From contig NC_087253.1 of the NCBI RefSeq assembly GCF_037042905.1, positions 25,048,001-25,112,000 on the forward strand: a stretch of 64,000 bases of DNA, given 5' to 3'. The notes under the pieces are model-generated. The model was not told the DNA's origin and did not search any database. It worked only from the letters and a program-made list of their open reading frames with translations. Below are positions 25,774 through 39,300 of this stretch, in pieces (the stretch's first letter is position 1; each line of letters opens with the position of its first letter). Origin of the DNA: Lytechinus pictus. Lineage: Eukaryota. The translations under genes and the position numbers were made by a program.

Positions 25774-28700
25774 GTCAACATAAGAAACAAAGTTGAAATT
25801 TTCTGCTTCCCATATGTTTAGCACAGAGCTATATACCATGGTTTAAGTTGAAACGGATTTCAGAATACAGGCAAAAGAGTGTACCATTGTTTCAGACAGT
25901 GGTTAGCCTGTCCAGTTTGTTGTCTGATGAAAACATCGTGGTGAGAGATCTTGAAAACCAATAGAATTGTGCACTGGCTGAGAATTGGTTAAAAAACTTT
26001 GGANNNNNNNNNNNNNNNNNNNNNNNNNNNNNNNNNNNNNNNNNNNNNNNNNNNNNNNNNNNNNNNNNNNNNNNNNNNNNNNNNNNNNNNNNNNNNNNNN
26101 NNNNNNNNNNNNNNNNNNNNNNNNNNNNNNNNNNNNNNNNNNNNNNNNNNNNNNNNNNNNNNNNNNNNNNNNNNNNNNNNNNNNNNNNNNNNNNNNNNNN
26201 NNNNNNNNNNNNNNNNNNNNNNNNNNNNNNNNNNNNNNNNNNNNNNNNNNNNNNNNNNNNNNNNNNNNNNNNNNNNNNNNNNNNNNNNNNNNNNNNNNNN
26301 NNNNNNNNNNNNNNNNNNNNNNNNNNNNNNNNNNNNNNNNNNNNNNNNNNNNNNNNNNNNNNNNNNNNNNNNNNNNNNNNNNNNNNNNNNNNNNNNNNNN
26401 NNNNNNNNNNNNNNNNNNNNNNNNNNNNNNNNNNNNNNNNNNNNNNNNNNNNNNNNNNNNNNNNNNNNNNNNNNNNNNNNNNNNNNNNNNTACAATAGTG
26501 CTGATGATCATAATGGTGTTCATAACAATGATCATGATGGTTTTAAGGAAGATGGTAGGAATGATGTCACAATCATTATAGTTTTCTTTTCACTATATAA
26601 GATCAAGAAAGCAATACTGCATACAAATATCACATTTGACCTTATCTAAAACAAATGTAGTTTACATGTCATTGGACAAAGGAAATAAGAATCAAATAAC
26701 AAAATGAAAACAATGTTTCATAATAACAAAACAATATCCTTTTTTATTGAGGTATGAAACATATGAAAGAAATTGGCAAGATGAAAGTACAAAACTTAGA
26801 ATATTTTGAAAGAAAAAGTAGTTATATATATATATATATATATACCAAGGCATCTTAAGGCAAGTTAAAATAATCAGTATGAACATGAACAAAGCAACAA
26901 TGTAACTGTCATAATACATTATTTGAAAGAATGAGATAAAGGTATTTAGACTTAAAATACATAATGTGTGGTATGTTAATGTTAAAAGTACCGTGATAAA
27001 ACATTAAGATGAAAACAATATCCAAACGGCTCAAAACTGTTTTTTCGTCAACATATATACATTCTGTACAAAGATTCACATTCATTCATACACAAATCAT
27101 TTATCTTCAGTATTAAATTTTGTTTTCTTTACACTACTCGGTGACAAATAGTAGGCCTACAGTTACCCAGGACAAACACCATGCCCTTATACAAGGCTCA
27201 ACATTAGCAGTGGCCTGGGGCAACCAAAAATGAGAATTGGGCCTCCAAAATTCTTTAAAGCCAACACTTAATGGCCCGGTTTGGCTACCAACGTTTTGAT
27301 AAATTGTATTGTTTTCTATTGTTTCAGGCCACTAAATTTGCTCTGCGGGCCACCAACAAAAAAAATTAATGTGGAGCCTTGCCTTATGTGAGCTTTATTT
27401 TACCAAACAAACATTATAATGAATGCTTATCAAACAAATTATGTCTAACTAATGTTTAGTAACCATATGTATAACAAGTAGGGCAATGAGCAAAAAATAC
27501 AATACAAGAAGTACTATTTACTTTATCGTTTGCAACTTTGCAATAAGCATGAAACATGAGTATGTACAGCATTATATCAGTTGGTCTCTTTGTCAATCAT
27601 ATCATGTAAGGCTTTTAGAAATATAGTATGATAGGTTTAGACATATGGCAATATTATCAACTATGAAAATAAATGTCTTTTGATGAATAATATATTATTA
27701 AATTACTCCATATGCAAGGGCAAGAGAATTGTAATTACAATAAATTATCTTTATTTACATACAATTATTGCTTTATATCGGCTAACTTCACAAAATACAG
27801 TGGCATGAAAACATTCATTTAGAAGAGTATTATTGTCTTAGATATGCCAGAATCACAAGGTTAACAAGACCCCCCAACTTTGCTTTCTAGTATACCGAGT
27901 GAAAAGACTGGTTGTATCAAGCCTAGCACCTCTTCTTCTACATACATGCCATGCCTACATCCCTGTCAATTTTCAACCAAATGGTAATTTTCATATCTTT
28001 TCACAACTTTTTAAAAGAAGAAAGTATTAATTTTGCACCCTGGGTGCCCCTTTAACATTAAACTTAGTAATTAATTGTGGGGGCTGATTTTACAATTGAT
28101 CATACACAATTATCAATGCAATCAATCATATAAATCATGGGGCCCTGGACAGATACAGTAGATCCATCCCACTGTATTTCACTAGCTAGACCATCATAAA
28201 AATTATTAATTCCAACATATTTACATCAACATCTTTGTATCCATTTCAATGGATTTCAGTAATACTTCTTTATACAAAGTGAAATGTGATTTTAGTGCAC
28301 TTCTTTATACACATAAAATACTTTGGTGCAGAGAAAATAGAAAGAGGATGGCTTGCATAGTAAGTACAAACAAAAATTAAAATTTCAGGCACAGAATGTC
28401 ACGGTAATGATCTATACAAAATTAGATACAGAGTTAAAGAAACGTCAATATACAAGAAAAGTAAAAACATTTGTATAAAACTCTTCAACACATTTTCAAC
28501 TGTTGTTTATCGGTGTGAGAACTAATGCTATTCAGATCAGTTTCATAATAAATGAACTATAAAGAAATGACAAATAAAAAAAAATATGCCATTTTTAATG
28601 GGCATCTACATAATGACACTTTTAAGCATTAATATGACACATAGAATCATAAAAATATACTAAACATAATTTGAATAAGAGAAACAATATACACTTTTTT

Positions 28701-30313
28701 CCAAGGTTGAATACTGATGCTTTGTTAATAACAAAGATTAAATTTAAGAGGAAGTCGATCATGACATCCACATGGGTAAAAAAAAATTAGAAACTGGGGG
28801 ACTATATCAAAGACGGTTTACGAAAATCCAAACAAAATCATAACTTTGTTGTTCTTTATTGGATATTTGCAACACCTTCATTAATACACTTCTCTTATAT
28901 CACTGCTTTTAAAGGAAACTTACCCTTTAATTAACAATTTCAACGATGAAATCCACTGCCTAAAAAATTATTAGGCATTCATTCTTTGGAGGAACATTTC
29001 TTTGGTTTGACATAAATAAAAATAAAAACAAAATCTATTTCAATGATAAAGCTTTAACAGATATATTCTTAATACGGCGTGCACAATTTGCACAGGACAT
29101 TGCAACAGACACATGTAACTTATTGCCACATAATTGTGAGAAAAAAAAGCAACAGATACTGTATTTTTACTGCTGCTATTGTTTTCAAAGACTCATGAAG
29201 ATTTTTTAAAACTTTTTTTTTTAGGTTGTAAATTTGATGTGTTTCATCATGACAGCACTGGGCCAAGTTGCATAAAAGTTACTATCATGGTAACTTTACC
29301 ATCCAATGGTAACTATTGTACAACGCCTACTTAGTTTGTTGTACGCGTGCAAATGGGAGGCTGAATGTCAAACATTGGTACCGTTGCACTCAAAGACGTA
29401 CAATCCAAAATGTACCGTTGCACGGCTTTAGGAGGTGACGTCACAATACGATTTAATTCATTGCGCTCGGTAAAAATGAACAATACGCGTATAAGCCAGC
29501 TGGCTAAATGCGCAAGGCTGCCCAAGGTCATGTGCGCTTGTGGGATTTTGCTTTCTGCTTTCGGTATTTTTGCTCCCTTTTCATAGATTACTATAGGGAT
29601 AAACTCTTTGTTTTTTCATATTTTCGCTAAATTCCCAGGCGTTGTACAACACAAATAGCGAATATTCTTATTCGTGCTCACGCCTCGTTGAATAGAGCAT
29701 CTTTCTTTCACCTCATGCGAAATCTCGCACCATCGCACTCATGCCTATTCGCTATTTGTATACTATCATGGTAACTTTGCCATCCAATGGTAACTACCAT
29801 AGTAATGCTGATCAACAGCCAATCAGAATCAAGGATTCCATGCAAGTTACCATTGCATGGCAAGTTACCGTAATGGTAACTTTTATACTAGAAACAACTA
29901 ACTAGAAAGTGTGCATCCACAAGAACCTCTACTCTTTATTTTCTTAAAAAAGTAAGTTTCAACCTTTTTTTTTTTTGGGGGGGGGGGTTTGACAGTGCAT
30001 CTTTATTTCAGAAATTCTTTGGTGTATCTTCATTTCAGAATGGCTTGTAGATAGAATAAACATACATCAGTCTATACATACATAAACACACATCAGTCTA
30101 TACATCTATGCAAGATAGAATTTACAAGAGATCTTGGATCTTACAAAACTTGTCAGGTTTATCAATATTTTAACTGATTTTGGTCCTCCAAACAAAGAAT
30201 AGCTGGGATTTCTGTAATTATAAAACCACATACATTACATTCTATGTCTTCTGGTTCTAATGACCTGTCCTGAGCAATGTTGAAGTGGAATGAAAGATGT
30301 TTCTGGTTATGAT

Positions 30314-33300
30314 CTAGGCAAGGACCGGATTATTGACAATGCTAGACTTGCGCCTCTTACGCTCCCGGCCGCCATCCGGTTCCTGACTGCCGGCCAACTC
30401 AAAGTTATGTTTCTGTAAATTATTATTAGCATCAGAAATAGAATGGGTTAGCTAGTGCATATATTCAGATTATTATCATCACAAACTCTCTGTACAGGTA
30501 CACATAAAACCAAGCCTGCCAAATTATGCTTTTGTAAATAATTATTAGCATCAGAAAGAGAATGTGTTAGGATGCATAAATCAGATTATTACCTTCATAA
30601 CTAGTTGATACAGATGCATGTTAATACCAGAAGCTGTTTGAAGGGTTGACATGTTTCTATCACATCATAAAAATTAATGAAACATTACGGATGGTTGTGC
30701 AAGCATTGCACAATTCAATAGAGCAGAAGTGATGTAACATTAAAATGTCCAATATGTTAAGGAATGCAGAGCTGCCAAGTTGTATTTTGCATTTTCAGTA
30801 TTCTTATCCCTCAAAATCAGTATTTTGACACAAAAATCAGTATTTTTACCATGTGAGATAAATATTTAGTATTTTTCCCACAAAAAGTGTATTTCATAAT
30901 AAAATGTTTGGCGCACTCGCCCATCACGGCGCTCAAGCTGCATGCAAGCTAAAATGTGCACTGCTCTTGCAGATGAAAAAAAAAACCATTGAAACTTGTG
31001 TATATCTCACCCTGGTTTTTACAAAATGATTGAAAAAAAAACAAGTTACCTGAAATTACATTGATCTAATAACCATATTTGTGTACGTTTTATGAAATAG
31101 AGACAAATAGAGATGATTTTTCTCAATAAATTACGATTTTGTAAAAATAAAAACGTATTTTTTAAAGAAAAAACGTACTGCCGTAATTTGGTTGCAAAAA
31201 CATACTAAATACGGCTAAAACGTACTGGTTGGCAGGTCTGGGAATGTCAAGCATTTTCAGAAATTCACATTAAAAAATATACAGTATACTTGTCACATTT
31301 TTTTTTAAATATTGGATATTCCACACCCCTCATGTATACAAGTAGAATTAAAGAAAATGAAAGAACTACCCTAGAAATCATAAATATTATCTTCTTACAA
31401 AGTGTCTCAGTACCAATTCATTTAGAAACCCTAAAACAGGGTGCTACATAAGCACTTGCCCGATTGCCCGCCGGAGCAAGTAAAAGTTAGAGTCGGGCAA
31501 GTCTTTTGAAGTAAAGACCAAAACTACTTGCCCGAATTGGGCAAGCAAAATTCACAGAGTAGAAAGCAAAATTCTCACAGTAAAATGACCAAAATTAGGT
31601 TCGATAATATATGATATGATATTGACCCTAATTTTGGTCATGGCAGGCAAGATAAAATCAATTTGGAAAAAGAAATGCAATAACAAGGTAGATCAGTTCA
31701 TGTCAAAAAAGAGAAAAGGGTCAATGGTTTATAAAACCGCAAAACTTTCTTTTGAAGAGGTAAAACTTTTTTTTTCAAGGATTTTTTCGGGCAAGTGAAA
31801 TAGATTTTTTGGCAAGTATATTCCAACTATTTAAAAATTTACTTGCCCAACCGGGCAAGCGCTTCTAAAAAGTTATGTAGCACCCTGCCTAAAATAGAGC
31901 CATTATACTCCTGCAGATGTTTCTGACTAAGTTTCATACTTAAAATTTCCATTTGCTTGGGGTATATGATACATCACTGTAGTGGTCAAGATCATTCAGG
32001 GGACTTGAGCTATAGTGTATTAATTGTGAATTGGTGCTTTGTGAAAAACACTCGGGTAAATTCTCTTATAATACAAAGGAAATTATGGTCAATTTACTTA
32101 CCCCATCTAGGGAAGCGGCACTCCTCTTTTTAGACCTTGTTTGCTTTGATAATTCCTAGTAGAGAAGAATAGGAAAGATGAGAGGAAGTACTAATGATGA
32201 TGTAATGTTCGTTTTTGTACGGAACAATCAAATGAAGGAGTGATGTTAAAATGTACATGGACATCAGAGATCAATGAAAATATGTATGATAACAAGAATT
32301 TGTTCATTTAGAAAAAGTGTAATCAGCATCAGCAACGTCAAAATAAACATCNNNNNNNNNNNNNNNNNNNNNNNNNNNNNNNNNNNNNNNNNNNNNNNNN
32401 NNNNNNNNNNNNNNNNNNNNNNNNNNNNNNNNNNNNNNNNNNNNNNNNNNNNNNNNNNNNNNNNNNNNNNNNNNNNNNNNNNNNNNNNNNNNNNNNNNNN
32501 NNNNNNNNNNNNNNNNNNNNNNNNNNNNNNNNNNNNNNNNNNNNNNNNNNNNNNNNNNNNNNNNNNNNNNNNNNNNNNNNNNNNNNNNNNNNNNNNNNNN
32601 NNNNNNNNNNNNNNNNNNNNNNNNNNNNNNNNNNNNNNNNNNNNNNNNNNNNNNNNNNNNNNNNNNNNNNNNNNNNNNNNNNNNNNNNNNNNNNNNNNNN
32701 NNNNNNNNNNNNNNNNNNNNNNNNNNNNNNNNNNNNNNNNNNNNNNNNNNNNNNNNNNNNNNNNNNNNNNNNNNNNNNNNNNNNNNNNNNNNNNNNNNNN
32801 NNNNNNNNNNNNNNNNNNNNNNNTATTATAACCATAGCATCCTCAACCATACCTCAACCTGCATGAGAGTTCCTGGTCCTGACGAGTGTTTAGACCGGGT
32901 CCTAGTTCCTGATACAGTAAGATCTGCAGCCTGGTCGGTTAACCTCTCCACCTGAACCGAATGAAACATTTAGGATGAAATCACCCATCTATACTTGCAT
33001 TTTCCCCATAGGCAATAACTAGCTCTTGCAGTTTTATTTCATTTCTAGAATGTATTCTACTCCTTTTAAATACCATTCACTCATTCCTCCCCCCCCCCCT
33101 TTTCTCCCCTTCCGCCAACTCTTATCCCTCTTCTTCCTCCTGCTTTGCTAAATTTCACAAAACAGTTATATGCACAGCACAGACTACAAATGTTTGAGGG
33201 AACTAATGTCTCCCCCTCACTATTCTTTTTTATTTGATCATATAAGATATGAGTGAGTGATATGAACTCTCCCATTTGCATATCACTCATGTTGAGCATA

Positions 33301-36300
33301 TACAGTAACTGTTTTGTGAAAATAAGCAGACCTATAATGTCATAACTTTCCAGTTTCACATCTTATTTTCATAACATTTTCAGTGTCATCACAGTTTCTA
33401 AATTTTAAGGGGGGGTAACATAAAGATTTGCATAACATTTACAGTCCATTGTAAGTTATACAAAGTTCACCATCGACTTACAGTTACACTAACTGAACAT
33501 CTGATTGTATATTATATGTTACAGAATCCTGAATTTATACATCAGGGGATAAAAGATTACATGGGGGCTCGTAGTGACTTCTCCCCCGAATCATAAAAAA
33601 AAGCCCTGGAAAATTCTCATTCATAGTAATGTAGAAGCTTATCCAATGTTGCATATTTACAGGCAGTAAGTTGTGAAAAGTAGCCACCGAAAATATGAAA
33701 TTAAATTTTTGCCTGATATACGTACCTCAGATCTTTTGACACCTTTCTTGCGCTGGAGACTTGTCTTGTTCTTCTTATTCTCCATTACTTCCTTCTCTTC
33801 CACTAGCTCAGCCTCCATATCTTCCAGTTGTTCTTCTCTTGGGGATTGTTTACTCAGGTATTTCTGGAAGCCGTGCTTCAAGATTCTTTCCTGGTCCACG
33901 ATCTTCACCAGCCTTGTGAATTATGATTACAATTTAGACAGAGAGATGAACAAATATTCAGACATCGCAAATTTGCTCTCAAAAGATGCCAGACTTAAAA
34001 CAAGTGAAACAGCTCTGGCTACCTCGCCAGCATTACACAATATAGAAGCAGAGCCCACTTTGAAAATGGCTAAGATGAATATTTTTTCAAAAAGTGAGTA
34101 AAAAAAAAGATTCATTTGATAATGAAATAAGCGGCTCCTATAGTCTCGCTTTGCTATGCAGGTAAGAAAACAAATTGTGAAGCACCATGGCAAGAGCTTT
34201 TTGTGTTGCGAACAAATCACACAAAATAGTCCAGAGGGTTGATTCATTCAACAATTTTAGGGTTATCAGGCACGGTCGGGGAGGGGGCACATTTTCAAAG
34301 AAAATTGATATTTTGTTTTTGTTTAACAGTAAAGATTGTGTGAATAGACAAAAAAAACCCACAAATGTCAATGTTCTAGGTTTGAACAGAAAATGGAAAT
34401 ATCATGAGTCTCTTTAATATTTGCACTAGGTTCATATCTGCAATAGATAGCTAGGACTATCAATGCTATATAAACAATACATTTTATTTATGCAATGCCC
34501 TTGTAATTATACAATGCCATTTCTTCAGACATGGCAGGCAGGAGAAAGCAAACTTTTTGATCAATTGGATACAATGCATAAACTAAAATTGCAGAGGGAA
34601 GAGACCTTTTTATTGGTGTGTGCTACCAAATTTTCATTCTCAGAATGAAAAATGAAAATTAAATCCTTAAATTGGCAATATTTCTTCAACTCACCTCTTG
34701 TTCTTAGCATCCACCTTGCAGTATCCTTCCTTCTCCAGCCTGTTGAGAAGGGTCTGGGCTACCCCGATCTCCACCCCCAGCCGTTTGGCCAAGGTTGGTG
34801 CTGTCACCCTGTCCATGTCTTTACCTGATTCCAGTGTGCGCCGCCAGAGGCAGGCGGCCCTGACCTCGGCAGGGTCTATTTTGCTGAGGTAAGGGTCCGT
34901 TGGTTCACAGCTGGGATCTCCAATCTGAAAACAGAATAGAGAGTTTTTGCATTGCAGTATGGTGGATATGTGCACAATATACAAACCCTATATTATCATC
35001 AGTATCATTATCTACTGAAGACAGACGGACAGTCAATCTGCCCGAAACGTCGAGTCTACTCTGCTGCTCTTGCTACTACTCCAGCAAGCCTCTCTTATCT
35101 ACTCAAGAAACTCACCCTGCCTACTACTCAGGACTATACACTCATTTGTAAAGAATAATCTAATTCCCAACTCCACTTTCTCGCTGTTCCATTTCACCTC
35201 CATTTGTATCCACTTTATCGGTCCTTCCTGGACTTTACACATGGTGTACCGTAAACCAGTTCTTGTATTGTGCAAATCTTCAAACATCATCATTATTAGC
35301 ATATCAAATTGAAAAGAGAGAAAAAACACACAGAGGGAAAAAAAAAAAAACAGACAAAAAAAAAAAGATGTCAATAATAAACAGAAAATAGTGATCACAC
35401 TTCTCATTAGACCACAATCTTACGTCTCCAAAGACATTACAATATTGATTAGCATATCTACTCTAGCCTTCTTGTAATAGCTACTCAGTATATTCAGAAT
35501 CTAACCTTGCCACATTGGTTACAGTTGTTTCTCAGGTACGTCATCCTTGTGTAGGATAATAAAACAAACTGCATGCTGCCAGTAATGACACTTCTCATTA
35601 TTAGGCATTCAATATCCCTCTCAACATACATTACAATATAAATCAACAAAGCTTTTCTAGCTAATGAAACATTCTTTTCACAGCTACTCAGTAGATTCAA
35701 AATCTTACCCTGCCACATTGTTTACAGTAGTGTTTCTCTGGGACATCATCTTCGTGTAGGATCATGAAACAACTGCATGCTTTCCATTAGATCATTATCC
35801 TACCTCTCAACATACATTACAATATAGATCAACCAAGCTTTTCTAGCTAATGAAACATTCTTTTCACAGCTACTCAGTAGATCCAAAATCTTACCCTGCC
35901 ACATTGGTTACAGTAGTGTTTCTCTGGGACGTCATCTTCATGTAGTATCATGAAACAGACTGCATGCTGCAAGTAATGACACTTCTCATTAGGCATTCAA
36001 CATCCCTCTCAACATACATTACAATATAGATCAACCAAGCTTTTCTAGCTAATGAAACATTCTTTTCATAGCTACTCAGTAGATTCAAAATCTTACCCTG
36101 CCACATTGGTTGCAGTAGTGTTTCTCTGGGACGTCATCTTCGTGTAGTATCATGAAACAGACTGCATGCTGCCAGTAGTGACACTTCTCACACTGAATCA
36201 TCAGACCATCATCCTGTAAAAAAATAGGTCACCATTTATAAACATTTTCATTGCATCTGAAATATGACGTAATTCTCATGGCCTGTATCCTTGACTCGGG

Positions 36301-39300
36301 TTTAATTCAAACTCCAGACTAAAGTTGTGATTTAAAAATGGACAGGCAATTGTGACATAAATCTTTAACAGAACAGGTTCGATATATCAGCTCATCTACC
36401 ACTCACATCATTATGACTGTTTGGGAATAACTGAATTAGTTTCCTCTGGCATTATAGCATAATGAAAGAGAACAGTGAACATAAAAAACAAACATTTACA
36501 AAATTTTGAAATTTTCGGCACCCATAATTATAGCAAAGAGTTACACCATGGCCTAAATTAAACCTGCACTCAACCCTGGTGCCCATCTCATACAGGCTAT
36601 CGATTATGGTAACTGCCTTGCAGGGTTCAGTTACCTATCAAAATTAAGGTTTCCATGGTAGTTACCATAATGGCAAAGTTACCATGAATTGTAAGTCTAT
36701 TTGAAAAAAGGCCACAGGTATAGCAAAGGGTACCTGGCAGGAATATTCATTCCTTCACACACTTGTACGCCAGAATAGCGGCCGGGCTACAGTGAGGTTG
36801 AGAATAAAGATTACAGAGCTGCTAACCTTCAGGAGTACAAGGAAGTAATCCAGAAGCTCAAAATTTATAATTTTGAGATACAAATTGCTGTTCCTGTAAA
36901 TAAATGTTCCTCTAAAATCTTAAAATATATCCAGTGACAAATGTTTTGACTCCTTATCACCTACAACATACCACCATACCAAGTTTATGATATAACATAC
37001 ATATTAATACAACAGTGACACTTTCAGGGGATTTCCCCCAAACTTAAAAGGAGACTGATCATTTCTTTACCTCATTGCATCCACATGGACATTGGGGAAT
37101 GGCTTCTTCCTCAACATCTCCCTCTACATCGCCTTCTTCCTCACCAGTCTTACTGCTCTGTGAAGCCTCATCTACAGATCCTGTGATAATGAAATAATGC
37201 ATAATAAAGTACAATACAAACACCAAAGATATCATATACATAGCTAACATCAATGGATTGAAGGATAGATAGACAGAAATAATAACAATAAAAAGATGAA
37301 TATAGTAATGGATACACAGATACATACATACATAGGCAGACGGACAGACAGATAGATAGACAGATGGACAGACACACAGAAAGAAAGAAAGACAGAAAGA
37401 AAGAAAGAAAGGCAAACAGACAGATAGACAGACACACAGAACAAAAGACAGATAGACATACACAGAGAACGAAAGACAGATAGGCTAGATAGATAGATCG
37501 ATCGATCGATCGTTATAATTGCATTCTTATTTTACCTGGTACATTAGGGCTGCTGTCCGGTACATCCTCAGCAGTCTTGGGACCTTCTTTCAATTCAGAT
37601 TCCTCTTCACAGATCTGATATGGAATATTAAAACAAATAAATTCAGTAGGCCTAACTAGCTACTTGGTCTTCAACCAATTCATCTACATTCTGTTTGATT
37701 TCATCCTGCATGGTCTCATTCTACTTAGAACTAGTTCATCTTCAAAATAATATCATTTGTCTTATTGCCATTCTGCCAATATTTCCATTTAATCTATAAT
37801 TTCCAGTTTATTAGGCTATACCAATTTAATCTAATATAAACTTGGTCATCAGGGTCAGATGACAAAAAATGTACAATTTGTTATATATGTCTGACTGGAA
37901 GGGGGAAAATGAGGATCTGATGTAGAAAATGTTACATTTCATTGTAAATAATTATTGCATAATGTAACAGTGGCATATCTAACCAGATTCAACACAATAC
38001 CAAGTTAGGGGCCATATTATTTTTACGCAATAGTCAGGCTCTAAATCTGTTGAGAATCCAGCTGAATCTATGCCTGCCCGAGTATCTAGCCCATTTTACC
38101 TTCTCTTTCTCATCCATCTCTGTTTGTTCTTGATCCTTCATTTGCTCGCTATCCATCTCCTTCTCTTCCATCTCTTCTTCCTCTGCTCCTTCTTCTCCTG
38201 ATGTCTTCATGTCAAACTGCTTCTTGTCGGTCGTTATCCGAAGTTTCACCCTATTTTTAAAAACGGAAGAAAAGTACTTGGCATCTGCACAGGTTTGGCA
38301 ATACTAGGGGTGACACGATAATTGCTCCTGCGACATTTGTTTCGGTCTTAATAACTCAGAGGGCATAGGGTTAGAATTAGAATTGCAATAGACTTATTTG
38401 TTCAGTATATTGTCAAGATAAGGATTAAGGATTTAGTTTGGGAGGATAAGTTTAATGTTTGGTTTAACGTGCCATTTTTCCATCGGAGAAATTGTCGCCG
38501 GAGCAAATGTCATGGAACCAAACTAGGTCCTCTATCAGAGTCTCAGATGGTATAAATCTCAGATCGTCTAACACCATCAAAGCTAAACCAACTTGGTCTA
38601 CTATCAATTTGATCCACTTGCAACTTGTTCCAACCATCACTAGGGCTATTCAAGCGTCATTTTAACATATGATTTGATTTTTCTTGTTCAATTATTAATT
38701 ACAGAGGACCTATAATTTGGAATAATTTGAAATCAGAACAGAAATCTTGCCAGTCAATGTCTCTTTTTAAAAGACATTACAAATCATCTCTTATTAATCA
38801 ATCGTTCATTGAATAGACTTTCAGTTGCCTGTTTGCCCTTTTTTTGTATTGGTGTATACTTTTAGGGGACTAGCCTTGATAGGCCTTCAGCCCTTGCTGG
38901 TCCCCTGCATCCGGTACATGTAAGTTGTGCTTTCATTAGTTGTAATTGTTATCTCTTAAATTGTATTTTGCTTTATTATCCCTTGCCTCTTTATAATTTT
39001 TAAATATTGTTTTATCATGTTAAATGTATAATTTTTATTTTGGATGCAAATAAAAGGCCATATCGGCCAATCAATCAATCAAAATATAAAACAGAAGTGG
39101 CTATTAGACAAAATATTAGAGCTTGTGCACAGTAAAATGCTTGCTGGGCTACAGCCAAGGTATAATATGCAAATAAGTCCATTTGAAGCGCATAGAGATA
39201 TTAAATGACAACATAATATGTGCTTTACAAGAACCAAATGTCATTATTTTTATCATTATTATCATCATTGTTATTATTCTTCTAAATTGTACAAGTATTT

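Noticed and set aside
33673-34101. 142-aa plus-strand ORF
   Set aside because: Antisense shadow of HORMAD exon 33726-33912.
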